The notes: generated by a model from the sequence alone, not told the origin. A stretch of 64,000 bases of DNA from Raillietiella orientalis (GCA_036172245.1 JAYWIR010000001.1:2790001-2854000); one strand, 5' to 3'; positions 25,671-39,900 are shown, numbered from the stretch's first letter. A program made the numbers and translations.

Positions 25671-28600
25671 ACTCATAGTCCATTTGATTACTGACTCATA
25701 TACTGAAACGAAAAGTCATACACTTGCTAGAAAGAAATGTTTCGTCCGAGCTCGTTCCCGCCGTCGGTCCATGATCCCGGTACGTACCTCGGAGAGGAAT
25801 TGATGAAAAGGGACGACCAAACGGCTGTTTGCATGCTTCCGGATAAATAGACTAAAGCAGATAAACGTGGAAGAACCGGTAGAAGTTCAACTGTTTGAGA
25901 AAGAGCTCGTTTGCCTTTCATCACTGGTCGTTTTCGAGTGCACTTTGTTTTGATCGACCACAGTTGCAACAAAAAAGCAGCATCCTTCTCATGATTTCTT
26001 CTCGATGACATCATCGAGAGCAGCAGGCAGGGAAAAAAGTTTTCAGGTGGAACCCAAACCGTGCAAAGCGTGGGTCTCTGGCGAAATGAGAATACAATTT
26101 GAGGAGAAGAAAGGACAAATAGCAAAGGGATCCCACTGGTCATAGTTGTAGATCAGTGTATTTATGCGGATAGAATTGTAAATAAGACTCACAGTACCGC
26201 AAATGAAACGTACTCGAGGAAAACGTGAATAACTCGGAAGGGACAAAGTTGAATTTCAGGAGTTCTAACAGAAGGCCTATGAACGAATGTGTTTCTGTAC
26301 ACACGATCTGGTAAATCCTGAATGCACATCTTGTATTGAGTAGATGCATACTGTGACGTGCTTTTTTTATTTGTTCGAAGCATCACCAGTTTGGTGTACA
26401 GTGCAAAACTTGGTTCGCACATGCGCAAAATTTAACCATGGAAGCATACGTGAAATTCCATACAGTCAAATTTGCGTATTCCTGCTCGGATGTTCAAATG
26501 GAAGCAATGAAATGATAGATCAAACAAGTAATTAAAAACCATTAAATGCTATCGCGACCTTTCCGCGAGACATCTGTGGATCTCCGCAAGGCTGCTTGCA
26601 GCATTCGGATGAGGTCGAAAAAACACCTCCTTCGAAAATTGGTGGAAACGCAACTCGAGAATCTGAGGCAAGAGACGCGTACATCTCGGGATGGATGAGT
26701 ACCTGGAATGTATACGGAATGCGCATCCGTGCTTTCAGAAAGAGTACGCACACACGCACGTAAGTATTATAAACACACACAGGTACGTAAGATGGGGGAA
26801 AAAAAAAAAAAAAAAAGACTTGTGTAGTCATCATGAGAATACCATTTTCGATGTCAAGAGGAAACCATATATCAAATAGGTTTGTCATTCGCAAAGAATC
26901 TAAATGTAAGACTTGTCACTTAAAAAAGTTTCGTATTCAAACCCACATTGCGAGTCTTATTAGATGATTTACGACATGACGATTCCAGAATTTTCGAGAG
27001 TTTTCAAAAATCTCGAAATGTTGAATGAAGCATTCGTTCGTCTAAAAATACGCGCGCAGACTCCCGGTGCCATATTTCACGGTTTCATGCAATCTTACTT
27101 TCGAACGGCACACTTCGAAACCAGAATTTGCAGAATCACCCAAGCAGGATCCCAAATCAATAAACGATGCATTAAGCAGAGATCGATAAACCTGTTTGAA
27201 GGAAATGGATTTTGGAAGAAGAAGAAAAAAAAGGTGAGTACGTTATAAGAGCACATTTCATTCAGGAAACAATCTAAGCATCCTGCAGTACGAATACTCC
27301 CCGGTCGTACGCAGCACTTGAAGGCCAGCATCAGAGGGAACCAGGTCACTTTTCAGATGGACAGCGTGGTGTCTGCGGGTTAACGAACACGCAGTTAAGC
27401 GCAGCCATGCCCCATGCTTACACACACGTCATTACCTGAAACGAAAAAGTGCGAAACTCAAAGAGTATGGAGGCTAAGTAATCGAAACGAAACGCTCAAG
27501 ATTTGGCTCAATTTACGTCCTCAGGAATGGAACCTATTCTGTGACGCCATGCACGCGGGTTCAGGAGCCGAGAAACCCAAAGCGGAGGAGAAGGCATCCT
27601 TCTAATAAGCATGAAAGAACGTTCCCAAAGTAAACGCCATGGAAAGAGTGAAGGCTCAAAAATCATCACTTTCACGCCGACAGTGTAGGGAATGGAAAGC
27701 AAAGTGCCAAAGTGCAGAAAGTCAGCTCGTGTTCGGATTCTCAAGCTTCTTCGCCGTGCAACTTTTGCTTGAGAATGGAAAGGTTGCGAATGACCAAGCC
27801 CAAAGGACAGCACGTGAGATCTTTCAAGTGATCGACCCTCTGTAAAGGAAAGGTTACTTGAGGTCACCATGTGCTAGAAAACCCTTAATAGAAGCGGCAG
27901 ATGAGGAGGAGGAGGGGGGAGGAGGATCTGACGTCGCGACAAAGTTAATGATAGTAAAACCCTAGTCTAGACGTCTCCAACATTGGAGCACTCCGGAATG
28001 TGAGCACACGGTGAGACGAGAAATCATGAAAAACGAGGTTCCTGTTATCTTTTGGACGACAGTACTACCGTAAAATGCTCCAGAGCAAACGCATACCATA
28101 TATATATAATATACATATTTCCTCATTAACACACACACATGTATACATGCATGTATGTATTTCATCTTCGTGAACAGATGGATCCAAAAGTCCGATAGAA
28201 GTTAGAAGAAACACACACGGACTGAACAGCGGTTCGAAGCCTTCCATTTCAAAACCAGTGCTCTCCTATAGAGCCGTATTCAGTCCATTCATCGTAGAAA
28301 AAAGAAAGTGGAATTTTGTTTCAATTCCATTTCGCAATGAAACCTTGAATGTCTAGAGGGGGATGTCACATCACATGCAATAAGGTCTACTGCCGTCAGC
28401 GAATCTCAACAAAAACGATTTTACACATCTAGAACACCGAAGACTGGTGAGTTCGGTGCCTGATAAGAAGCAGGCATGCTGAAACAAAAAAAAAAGCGTT
28501 TGTTCCTCCTTCTTTTAGTGATCTGAAAATGGGTTCTCTCAAAAGATGAAACACAAGATGAAAAGACGCATGGGAAGATACGGTTGACTTTCCTGGGATC

Positions 28601-29099
28601 GGTTTGACCAGGATTTTTTCCAGCATAAGATGACTGAAATTTCATCTACAAAATTAAGTCGTGGTTCAACGGAAAATCCAAGCAAATGTCTTTCGGAGTA
28701 CGAGATGGCAGAATCCCATTTGCCTAATGACAGCTGATCAGCATCAGAATTACTATGTGTGTGCCCTGACGTATAGTGACTTGGTAAGAAACGATGCGTT
28801 TCTTTTGAAAGCAGTTGCCTGCTCCTGTCTTCCTGACGTTCACAAGCTTTCGGGAGATTGCTGCTTGTCTTTTTTGTTCTATACAGACGAATGCAATAAG
28901 GCCTAACATCATTTCATCAACCGCTAAACAGTGATATCCTTCTGGAAGGAATCAGCACCTACACACTAGAAGCATTGGAGGACGTCCAAGGAATCGGACG
29001 ACAAGTCCTCTTCCCAGTCTTCACCAGACAGAAATCCGTCTAAAGAAGCGAACACGAAATTTCAAACTAAGAACGGCATGCAGAAATGATAGAAGCGAT

Positions 29100-32000
29100 C
29101 CAAAGTAATGAGAGAAGCAAACGCAACCTTCAGGAACAAATGACAGCACCGAACTGAAATTTCTGATGTCTTGATCTGCCTTCCTTCTGGTTCCTGACCA
29201 TTGCAAAGTATCGCCAGATTTACAGCAGCGAGCGAAGGCAATGGGAACGAGGAGGTTCACGGACGAAATGGACCTTCTATATCTAGCGCACACGTTTCAG
29301 GATGTGAACTGCTTGGCAGTACAGGGATCTGCCAATGTACATCGGGTCCGACACGGAAAACGCAGACGTGCCGGGAATGATGCAACGCTGCAGAGACTTT
29401 AAGGAAAACCCAAGCACAGCAAGGCGAAGAGCTTCATTCACAACAGAGAGCGGGCGGCGGATGGATTCAGGTTGACCATCGAAGAACACAGCAAGGTCAG
29501 GAACCAAGTTCTTGAAACCATCGGGGGGGGAGAAAGAACCGAGAAAAGTTTCAGTCGTCAACTCCATCCCGAGCTGAAACTCGGCAAACTGAAATTTGCG
29601 AAAAGGAGGAACAATCACGGAATTTGGGATAATTGATTCCTGCTAAAATATTCATTACCAGTCGATCATTTGGAACGTTTTCAGAGGAGAAAGGAGCGAA
29701 GGAAGAGGCCAACACAGAAATGGGGAATGCAACTTAATTTTGCAATGTCCTGCGTGCAGTTTCCCAGTGACTTACGTGAAAAACAGTTGAGGATACCGAG
29801 ATAAGGCACGAACAGAGACGAAAAGCCCTTTTTGATGACGATGGGGAAATTCGGAAGACGGAACGCAAGGAACAATTCGAAGCAGCACAAGCACAAGATT
29901 GAAGAGCAAACCATCCCTTATCCCATGTGCAGACTGTTTTTCAAAGGAGACGAAACCTCGTTTTCGAGTTTCTTTTTTTTGTGTGTGTGTTTTTTTTAAT
30001 GTTTATTCGTTTGTTTTGCTTTGCTTTCTGTTCTGATTCATCTCTAAAATTGAAAAGGTCGGAACAAAAAATTTTCGGAAACATCCTTAGGAATCAAAGA
30101 AACGCTCTGATACACAGGCAAAAAAGGAAGGATGGATATTGGAATCTCAAAAAAAAAAAAAAGGAACTTCAAGAGGAGCAATCGAGGGAGGAACATTAAA
30201 AAATGAATGCCTTACCAGAAGTACTGCGAGAATCACTTTAATATTAGCACCCCCTTGAAGATGAGTGTGTAACGTTCCCAAAATAAGAGGGATCCTTTAC
30301 ATCCTATTCCTAAAAAGCGATTTTGTTATTAAATCGAAAGCCAGATCCACTCAAAGGCATCTTAAACAGGGTCTAAAAAGCAGCAAGGTCGATAAATTTT
30401 TAGCACGGGTTCGAGGTCACGGAAAGTCTTTCTCTAAGTCTTTCGCCAATTCGAACAGTTGTAGGAATTCGATCCCAGAGCTCCGAGACCAAGGCGATCG
30501 CATGCATTAAAAAGGAAGAGAGCACGTCGTGAAACGTCCACCGAGATCAGTGCTGCACCGAAGCTGGCAGGTACACTGGAAGAAATCCTGGAAGTTCCAG
30601 CTGACTCATCCACAGAATTCGTGTTCAGTGCACTCTCTTGAGCAATTCATACTAGAGTCGCTTTTCCGTTCCGATTCCTTCAAGTGTTCCCGAAAACAGA
30701 AACCGTTTAGTAGTTGCGGAAGTGAGAATGTCTTCTGCAAATGCTAAGCACAAGGTGTCTCCAACCGAAAAAGCCCAGACAGCATCCTCTCTAATTCTCA
30801 GCCTGTGGAAGAATTCGCATAAATTCAGCAGACCATCCGTTCCTTCACTGTTGCTAAATGCAGGTCTGATATCCAGGAAATTGCCGATCCAGGGCATGAA
30901 ATGGGTGTGGTTTCAAGAAATCTCAGTTCTTCCAGCGTGTTTCTTTCGCATTCTCACTGAAAATTCTTGCAGCCCTCGCCCACTCAAAAGAGTTCACCTA
31001 AAGGCATCATGGATCTTTTTTCCACGATGGTCTGAGAGAGGGAAAAGCTGCGCTTTGCTTCCACCTCACTGATCCATTCGGTCCCATTAAACTCGCCCGT
31101 CCACGTAACATGCCCAAAAGAGCGCATTGCCTAATTAAAAAAATGCTGATGTTTTCCAGAAAGCAGTTTGCTTCAAATTTTAGCAAATTCGGGAGAGTTC
31201 GATTTCAGTGGCTCCGATTCGAATGAAACCCTACAGCACGAGGCCGCAATGGTAACATTTTTCCTCCTTCGGGAAGGCGGTAATCCGATTCAGAAATCCG
31301 TGTGCTCCAAAGGCCTCGCAATCATAAACCTTCTTCCACGGAATGCTTTCGTGAATGCAGCACTTCTTACAGAGTATCATTCGCTCGCTCATGGGAACTC
31401 GTTACATGTATCTTCTTTTATAGGAATCTAATAAAAGACCCATTTGTTTTTACACGGAGTGACACACCTCAATCACCGAACATCGTCCTCTTGTTAAAGT
31501 CCTTACGTTGACTTTTTATCGCCGGGAAAATGAAAGTAAAAAATAAAAAAATATCGCGTGCATGATTTTCCGAAAGGCAGTTTCATGCAAATGCAAGGGA
31601 AAATGCTACTGTGGTGCGTTCAGTTTCCCTTCGTGTACGCTCCACAATCACACCCACATCACCTCGCCGCGGACCATCCCAACCGTCCTGGGACTTGCTG
31701 CTCCTCCTGAAGGATGTGGTGTTCAAGTATCATTCGAAACCGACCTGCTTGTACACTGCGAAAATATTTTGTCTGGACTCGACTGCGCCACAGAAGAGAG
31801 AGCGTTGATCTTCGCGTAATTAAGAGAGGGAGGAAACGAGAGATGAAATTCCATGTCCAGAAACAGATTGCTGGACTCGGTTCGGGTGGGGAAGGGGGGA
31901 GGAAGAAGCGGGGAAAAGAAGAAGGGAAACGCGGTGTCGACGCGCGGTACTGACTACGTGACATGGTTTGATGGAACGACCAGACAAAGAACGCGCCAGG

Positions 32001-32100
32001 GAAAGAAGCGCCAACGAGTTCGAAAATGAAACAGACGCCTTCAGGAGAATGCTACGGTCAGTCGTATGAAGCGGCAATGAGTCACACGTGGTGAGTGGTC
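29100..32100 (-). pseudogene. Decayed LRR receptor (ectodomain to TM; no kinase recognised)
   Basis: LRRNT-like DRSILLKASVSFSNSLALLS...KPCH...RHRVSLLL (ORF 31820-32077). LRRs: ISSSVPASFGAALISVDVS (~30535-30590), YLGILNCFSRKSLGNCTQDIAKL (ORF 29681). Last LRR plus C-cap: LAVLGFSLKSLQRCIIPGTSAF...YIGRSLYC (ORF 29283). Then a hydrophobic stretch followed by RRK. Confidence 0.6.
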
Positions 32101-32210
32101 AGTGCGAATCGTAAAAGCTGCTACTGCCCACGCCAGCCAGTCCGGGCGGTGGCAGACGGTACAGCGCGATGTGCGAGGGTCCCGCGGAAAATGGCTGTTT
32201 GCTCGCTTGC

Positions 32211-32273
32211 CTTCCCGCGAATTTGAGCATTTATCAACCTGTTACTGATAATAAACTCGCAAATTCGCGGAAG
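32211..32273. repeat. Imperfect inverted repeat / stem-loop
   Basis: CTTCCCGCGAATTTG...CAAATTCGCGGAAG (14-bp stem with one bulged C), with inner TTATCA/TGATAA pairing. Confidence 0.85.
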
Positions 32274-32599
32274 CTGCTAATGATCTGCTGCAAACCGTAG
32301 CAACCGCGAAAATCGTTTCCGTCTCATCGTAAGACTGCCGGAGCATCAACTCGCGGCTCGAATGAGACCAAATCGGAAGGGCAGCGGAAAATGCACGGAG
32401 GCCTCCGAACCACGAGGCGATTGCACAGCTGCTGGAAGGAATTTCTATCCCCGTCTGAAAATTAGCGATTACTCTACTATGTAATACAAAAGCGATACGA
32501 TAATTTGGGAGTCGATTAGGTCGAAGCTGACCACCTTTGGGAACCCGAACGAATCAAAAGGAACCATAAGCTAATCATTACTAGTAATCGTAATAACCG

Positions 32600-35500
32600 G
32601 TAACTTGCAATTGCCTGAGCCCTCTACACAAACGAACGTATGCTGTGATCCTGCAACACAAAGACCCCGTTTGAGGGAGCGACAGTTGACCGATTCGATT
32701 CTCGACACCTTCATGACATACTTGACAGCAACACACACATCGTGTTGTCAAGTACGCGTTTACGAATGCGAGAACACTCCGTTGCAAGCGATCTTCTTTT
32801 CTCTCGTTCACTAGAAGGCATTCCCAGAGCGGACCGTCCTCGCATGGCACTCCGTTGGCGCTGGAAAAGACGCGAAGTGGATGGATTTTCCCAGGACGTG
32901 AAGAGCAGAGATAACTCCCCAGTCAGATGCCAAAAGCTGAATGGAATGAAAGCGGAAGTCCGAAGCATTCAAAACGTGAAACCGCCGTCGCAACCGTCTT
33001 CAAAGGGAGCGCGCGCGGCATCTCCTCCTTGACTTCATCGGACCAGCAGCGTGCGCCTGCAAAATTGCAACAGCCTGGACAATTTTCAATGAGAGAAGAT
33101 AGGATTCGGAGAGCCTTAGAAAACCAGCTGCAGCAGCAGCAGAAAGCAAGTTTGAAAAACGGCCAGGAAAAAAAAAAAGGCAAAACAAAACAACAGCGCA
33201 CACGTCGTGCTACAAGTACGCGTTTGTGCATATGGAATGAAGCAAAAAAGAAACACACTGCAACGTGAACCGTCTATGCGGCTTCTTTGAGGCGATTCGT
33301 TTGACAAAAGAAATCGAATTGTCAATGAAAACATCTGCCCATGGAGATAAAACTGCGGTCCGATGGGAAGTATTGAAAATGATACCGAAAACGAAAAAAT
33401 TCGATAAGTTTCGCCCCGCTCTCCCCCCCTCCACCACCTTTGCTTATGTGCTCGTCTTCCGAATATTCCTCAAGCCAACCAAGGATGCAATCCTCTGCAT
33501 ATAAATTTCCTTTGAATGCCTTTTCGTGAATTTTTCACATATATGTTGCAAAGATAAACAAAACCGAAGAGAAAGAAGGGGGGGGGGGGGGGAAGGTCTC
33601 ACCGGTACTGCAGCCATCGCATATAAAACGATCAAATGATACCAAAGCCAAAAAGAAACACATCTCGGCTCATAAAATTCGAAAAATCTTTGGATTTCAG
33701 TGTTTATCGTTTTGCGCTAAAATTTTCCAGTGATTGAAGATCTGCCAGTTGAATTGAAATCGATTGGGTAATAGAAATGACTCCGGCAAACAGATTTTCA
33801 AATCGTAAATAATGAACTATGTGCAACATCAACTCAGAAGTTTCCTCCCTTTATTAAATTGATCCTTCCAGAAAAATGCACATTAAATTCGAAATCATAT
33901 ATCATGAATCGCACGTTTCGACTTCCTTTCCTTAAAATTAATGCACGTGTACAATGAATCCCTCCTTTCCGACGTGTCTTACGAGACCGTTCGCCTGCAC
34001 CGTATGCGTACACGTCCAGCGTACATTCCAACTATTCCAACACCTCGTACGAAAATTTCAAAAGTTTTTTTTTCTGCATCTTTCCTTTTGCATACACTTG
34101 TGTTTTATTGTATTCTCCTAGAATTTCGAAAACGTGATAGGTACAGCGCTGTAAATCACCCCAATTACTAAGCATAGTCGTTCCGTCGAAAAGTCACAGA
34201 GATAATCACGAAAAAACACTGAAGCGAAAATCTGATTTCAAAGTCTCGTGAAAGCGAAGAATCTCGTGAGGAAATTTTCGTAAAATGGGTGGTAGCTGAG
34301 GAATAAAAAGTTGGATTCAATAAAGATTAAAAAAAAAAAAAAAAAACATACACGCCAAGTGAAAACATTAGCGAAAACTATTAATCTGCGGATAAACCGA
34401 AGTTCAAACAAGGTGCGAAAGAAAGGGACTCTGCTCCTACGTCAGCGTTCTTCCCGATTCCCAACTGGCAAGTGGATACTTTCTTGCGATTTGATCCACA
34501 GTGTCTCGGAATAATACGGTCAGAGTTGAAATTCTGCACAGCAGCACACTAATGAGACATCAGAGCCCAAGAAACGCATAAAAGGAAAACAGTGGAAAAC
34601 CTCGTCAAAGAGCACATTTAGAAAGTCAAGTTTACCTTTTTGCGTAAGGAAGAGACTGGAAATTCTCGAGCATTAATCCGACAGCTGGAAAAGTAGGATG
34701 GCAAGAAGAAACAGAAACGAAAGTCTCTTGTACGTGAGTACATTACTACAACAAATGTACAGCTTTGAAATCACAGATGAGTGATGAAATAGGATTTCGC
34801 GTCGTAAACTGTTCAAGCAAGTTTCGCCTGATGCACATGGGAAGAGGGAACGTCCTTGTGGAAGCAGTGAGTGCCTTCCATTTATAACGTCCTACAACCA
34901 CTTTCTAGGTAGACACTCTTCGATACTGTTTACCAGAAGCACTACCATCCCGCACATTATGGATCCGATTCGCTTGAACTGAGATCTAAAGCCACGCAGC
35001 AGCGATGGTTTGATTCTTTAGGCGTCTGTTTCGACCAGGACCATACGTTCATCTTCAAGGATCAAGGCACACTCGCGGGCCGATTGCATCTTTCGTGCCA
35101 GGCAATTTCAGATCGTCAATCCGGAAATTACTAGCTGTTTCCAAAACCTTGCAATGAAGGAAACACTGGTGCACTGATGGATTCCATAACATCTGTTCGT
35201 GAGAAATCCCACTATGCCCACGCTTAATAAAGGCCAATATTCCGAGTTAACGCAAGTTCCAAAGAACACAGCATTTTTTCTAGGGCGCTCATACAGTTCT
35301 ACACAATTCTAGCTCTACTCCACTCCAGCTGCTCTTCGTGAAACCAGAACGGAACCCTGTGCTTCTCAAGCTGATGAAGAGGAGATTTTTGAGTCCCGGT
35401 ATGAAACATCATCTAAAAAGCGAAGTTCAAGCTTACCGTCCCGCGACTCACAAATTTGAATGGAATAGCAAAACTCATAAATCAAAGAAGCACCAAGAAA

Positions 35501-36050
35501 TGAATTGTACAATGCGAAACCTGTAAAAGAAAGAAAGAAGAAAAACTCTTCGGCTGCTGCAAAGAACGAGGAAGCTGCCGCGGTGTGTTGTGTGTTGAAG
35601 TCGTACGGTGCTGCATAAATCAAACAAATGAAACAAAATTCGAGAATTGCTCAATAAGACAGCAGGTTTCGAAAGGAGTGGGAAAACTCAATGCAAATTG
35701 AATTGAATAATCGAAATTCATCTTTCGAAACTCCGGAAACGATCAGAAGATTTCCTCCAACAAGGATTTCTCCAGGCAAACCAAGATGACCGAGAAGAGA
35801 ACAAAAGAAGGGACTTTTGTTTTGGGAAGAGCAGAAGTCTTGCAACAGCTAACAAGACTCAGAACAAGACAGAACACGTCTAAGGGAGAAACAACTGCTT
35901 CGTCAAACCATGTTGTTGGCAACACTCCCCTAAGCTGGAAACGATCAGCTGATCAGCCGTACATAACGAGATGGCACCTAGCAGTTTATTCGGAATTTCC
36001 TAGCTCCGAATAACATTGGGAATTCTGCCTGCGTCTGTTGCCGAGTTACC
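32600..36050 (+). pseudogene. Decayed LRR receptor-like protein (RLP-type, island-domain layout)
   Basis: NVCCDPATQR (LRRNT-like, ~32635), PQCLGIIRSELKF (~34495, cf. PQCLGN), TSYNHFLG (~34888), TSCFQNLAM (~35130), IELNNRNSSFETPETI (~35697, cf. IDLSNN.F.GEIPE.I), LQQLTRL...SSNHVVGNTP (~35840-35930). The 5' part is ambiguous as to strand. Confidence 0.5.
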
Positions 36051-36779
36051 AGCGGAATTCCACTCGCCGACGTCTAGTTTTGTGCATTCGCCATGGGGCA
36101 CTTACTAGAATGGAAACCCTAACGAGTCCTCCTGAGTGAACAAACCGCACAATCTAATAAGCGCTGGCAAATATCCCACCTTCCAGGAATGGGAGGGGGG
36201 GGAGAGACGTCCCCAAAGTCCCCCAATTCTATCCCCCCCTTTTTTGTTTTCGCGTTTGCAGAAAGCACTCCATGATTTTTGTTCCAATGGTTCACATGAA
36301 ACCTCGCGGAACGAAAAGGTCAGCAAGACATGCAAAAGCGAACGCAACGAAAAGAACAATTCAGCAAATGAAAACCAAGAAAAGGGACGTCTTCCTTCAT
36401 TTGTACCAATCCCCACTGCATTAAATATATTAAATATATATACATATATATATATATTGCAACCAGTCTGGTATTAATTAGAGATGGACTTTCTTGCTCC
36501 TTTTCAAAAAATGTAATTCATGTAAACATGAATCGATGGTCACAACGACCGCAGCGCTCGTGCACTGTGCTGATCTCTGCTTTTCATTACACGTGCACAC
36601 GACAGGTCACAAACCATTTAAGAAAAGCATCAAGATAATCAAGCGCAAATTCCCCATTCTTTTATACTTTGGAGTGTCCTTCAGCCGAAACACTCCGTAG
36701 TGCATTACAATAATATACCATTACTTGATTACGCTGGTGTGCATGTGCGCATGCACAGTTCACGAGGCAGATGCGGGAC

Positions 36780-39700
36780 TCGCAGGAAGAATCCAAAACG
36801 AAAAACGATGCTCGCATCCTGTACACACGGCGGCACTCATTCTTTGAAATGTCGAAATATCGAAGATGGAAAAGCAAAAAAAAAACATTTTCGGCTCCAA
36901 ACGAAGAAGACGCGGACAGAAGAGCAGCAGCAGTGCGAGCCACCTCCGGAGCCGTTGCAGTGATTGCACTGGATGGCATGAGGTGAAGAAGAACTGAGGT
37001 GCCACGTATCCGCTTCGTGGCAAGAACGTGTAACTGGAGTGAGGGAAACAGATTTCGAGGAACCGTTCCTTCCCGAATCGAACAAAGACAAAGAAAGCAG
37101 TCACGAAAACAGCACTGCGATGGTCAATGCACGAGACCAAATGGCGGACTCCTTAAAGAGATAAAATTCCGCTTCCAAACATGTCAAAAGGCGGAAAGAA
37201 CTCCAGCCTCCATGGAAGAAATCAACAGATCCATCCCACTGAATAGGAAATTGATCTCGAATTTCAGCACACATAGTTAAGAACTCCTTCCCTTCAAGAC
37301 GGTGGTTCCATTCTCCCATCCTATCAGCTGTGGGGCTGCTGCAAATTTCAAAAGGTACTTTAATAAAAAAAAAAAAAAAAAGGTCCAGAAGATCTTTAAG
37401 CACTGGGCAAATTTTCGGCTGCAATCTTTGGCAGATCAGGCACAAATTGACAAACCGGAATCAGACACGAAGGCAAACAAACGAATGAGTCACGTCGAGG
37501 AGAATTCAAATCAGAAATAAAGGAAAAGAAACGCGAATTTGGCGCCGTAAATTAACTTTCACGGGCAACCATGCAGCGGTGGTGCTGGTGGTGGTGCCGC
37601 GGGTCAGCGAGCAGCAAACACTTTTCTTTCTCGATCGTCTTTTCTGTTCCAAAACATGCAATATTTTCCTTATCATAAAAATTCCATTCACTGATCGTCG
37701 CCTAGATTAGACCGCTTTCTCCGCATTCCCTTCTCTCAGTAAAATTCCGTCTCTCCATCAACCACGCGAATCAGATTCCAGAAGAAACTCAATGCGGATC
37801 ATCTTCCCCTGCAAAGGACTTTTCTGCCTTCGCCTCTGGGCGATCCGTGATTTTTGATAATTCGGTAAGTAGGATATTTTTCCTCCCTCTCTCCTTACAC
37901 GCTGGAGGAATGGTGGTGTGGTTAGCCTGCTGCTTTCAAGCAACGACCAAGTGCGTTCGTCCTGCACGCATGCTGCTCGTAATGAGGAACAGGAGGAGCA
38001 CGCAGTGACGTAATCGCTGCAAGTGCAAATGCGACGAAGACTTTTTCCCTGAACGCGGGCAGAGTGCAATGAAAGAGTATGAAAGAAAAGAGAATGCTGA
38101 ATTCGCAAAACTGACGGTGAGACCTCAACACAGATTTCCCGGAAATTGTGATGATGGAATTAGCTTATCTTATTCTTTCTCTCTTTCCCTTTTTCGCTCT
38201 GAAAAGTGCATCCATCATCACTAAACGGATCCTTCTGCTCGAAGCACCACTTTTGCCGAAGTGCATTTTGAATAAAGCAACAAAAGTCCGGGCGAACCTC
38301 CGAAGTTTTTGCCTCCATCAGGTGAGCCCGCTGGTCTAGGTTCCTTCTGTCCCTTACCCGCACCCCCTCCCTCAAAAAGTAGGAACCAGGGTAACCTGCG
38401 TGGGTTCCTGAAATGCAAGTCCTCTGATTGAAAAATCAGAGACAAAGGCCGAGAGACAAAGTCCCTGCCTTTACCCGTGAGTGCAGGGAAGTTTCAGTAG
38501 CGGCGAAAAGTACCCAAACCAGCTCAGTCCAATCAGGGTTACCAACACCAAGGCCATGCGATCGTGTTCCACACGCCAACTACTGTGTGTTTGTGCACGG
38601 ATCTTCTACTACCGGAATTTGTGCTTCCCACGTTTCTGATTCCCGATGACTGGCTGTCCACATGCATTTTGCATTTCGTCCAATCACTCAAACACTGCCG
38701 GGGGAGGGGAAGGGGGAAGGCCAAACAACCAGAAAGAGGGGAACACAGGCAGACGACTTGCGGATCGAAACCGCTCGTGTCTTTGCAAACTCATCTGAGC
38801 GTTCGCCGGTCTTCTATTCCGCGACACTCCTCTGGAAGTCAAGTACAACTCAAAATGATATTCATCATTGGCCGTTCAGCAGCTCCCTTTCTTTGCTACG
38901 CCCAGGGTGTGATAGACGGAAAGACGAATCCAACGTCCGCCGACAGGGGAACACAAGGTTCAAGGATAACCGCAAAGTTGCACTCGGAGAGGTGACAGAA
39001 AAAAGATCTTCCAGCTTTGCTGTTTGCTTGCACCGGTGCCTCACAGATGCCATGACTTCGCACGCCGTCATCTCCGTGCTGGGTCGCTGTTGCGTTCGAA
39101 CCTCCTTTCCTTCGCTCTGAGAGTGCTGGCACAAAGCCGGCTCCCACCCTTTTCTTCCAGGTACGAAAACAGAGTACTGCTTGATTCCCAATTTTCTTTT
39201 TATTGCTGCTGTTGCTGCTGCTATGCGCACCGCATTCCATCTTTTCCCAATCAGTCCAACGTTCAGCTGCAGCGTGCATTCTGCTTCTGGTACAGTGGAG
39301 GAGGGGAAAAGCTGCTAGGAAGGCGAGGGGAAGTTTGCGGCGAACAATGCCCGAGAAACGGAAGCAGCCTCCCGTTGATCACGACTCTGGAATAAAGCGA
39401 TGTATTTCCAGCCTCTCCTGCACCTCAACGGACCGAGAGAACATTACGTTGCACCGAATTCGAGTACCACCACTCAACCGTTGCCAAGCACCGGCCCAAT
39501 GTTCATTAACTGCCATCAGCAGGGACGCGACAGAGGTTGGCATTCCCATTCGAATGACCTAGGTATGATTTGACGAGGAGGCACACGAGAGTGGCGGGGG
39601 GGGGGAGGCTGACTAGATCCCAGCCCCCAACCTGGGAGAACTTTTGCATGCGGGCACACGAGCGTGCATCACGACAGGGAAGGCGAGGACTGCTGCCAGC

Positions 39701-39900
39701 TTGGGCAGTTTCCAGATGATGCTTCACGTTAAAACGATTCGCTGAAATAGAGCTGCCGGACGTAAGAACTTGGATCCAAGTGTTGGCGAAACCGTGGCAC
39801 GTGGATGGCGCGTTCGAATGAAACCAAAAGCGATCGAAATTTGATGATGGTGGCTGACTGATGCTCGTCATTCTCACACATGTCGAACGCTGGCGTGAAA
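36780..39900 (+). pseudogene. Decayed LRR receptor N-terminal ectodomain
   Basis: NDARILY...RRW and ATSGAVAVIALDG (LRRNT-like, ORF 36771), NWSEGNRFRGTVPSRI (ORF 36999), ELAYLILS (~38157), PTTVCLCTDL (~38575), SLTAISRDATEVGIP (~39500). Confidence 0.45.

Larger units (their letters stand above)
22990..29080 (+). pseudogene. Decayed LRR receptor-like kinase (LRR-XII-like features), interrupted by a Gypsy fragment
   Basis: LRRs: RVIPALIEL (~23110), DNSLNQPEKVPERLSNET (~25261), TIQDLYLLSNKL (~25599), VLIDHSCNK (~25945), TIPEFSRVFKNLEMLN (~26980); C-cap FSDGQRGVCG (~27350). Kinase in order: FGFSSFFAVQLLLENGKVA (~27732), IGALRNV (~27982), LECLEGD...PKTGEFGA (~28345-28460, cf. LEYLH...AKVGDFG), FLGSV (~28590), GIG...SSPDR (~28990-29030). 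Confidence 0.65.

Noticed and set aside
27270..27560. Retroviral-type aspartic protease (IRGNQVTFQMDS)
   Set aside because: Neighbouring frames give the last LRR and C-cap (GNNLSILQY…GQRGVCG) exactly where expected before the kinase.
32719..32754. Small hairpin TACTTGACA…TGTCAAGTA
   Set aside because: The 9-bp arms are within chance expectation or local template switching, with no other support.
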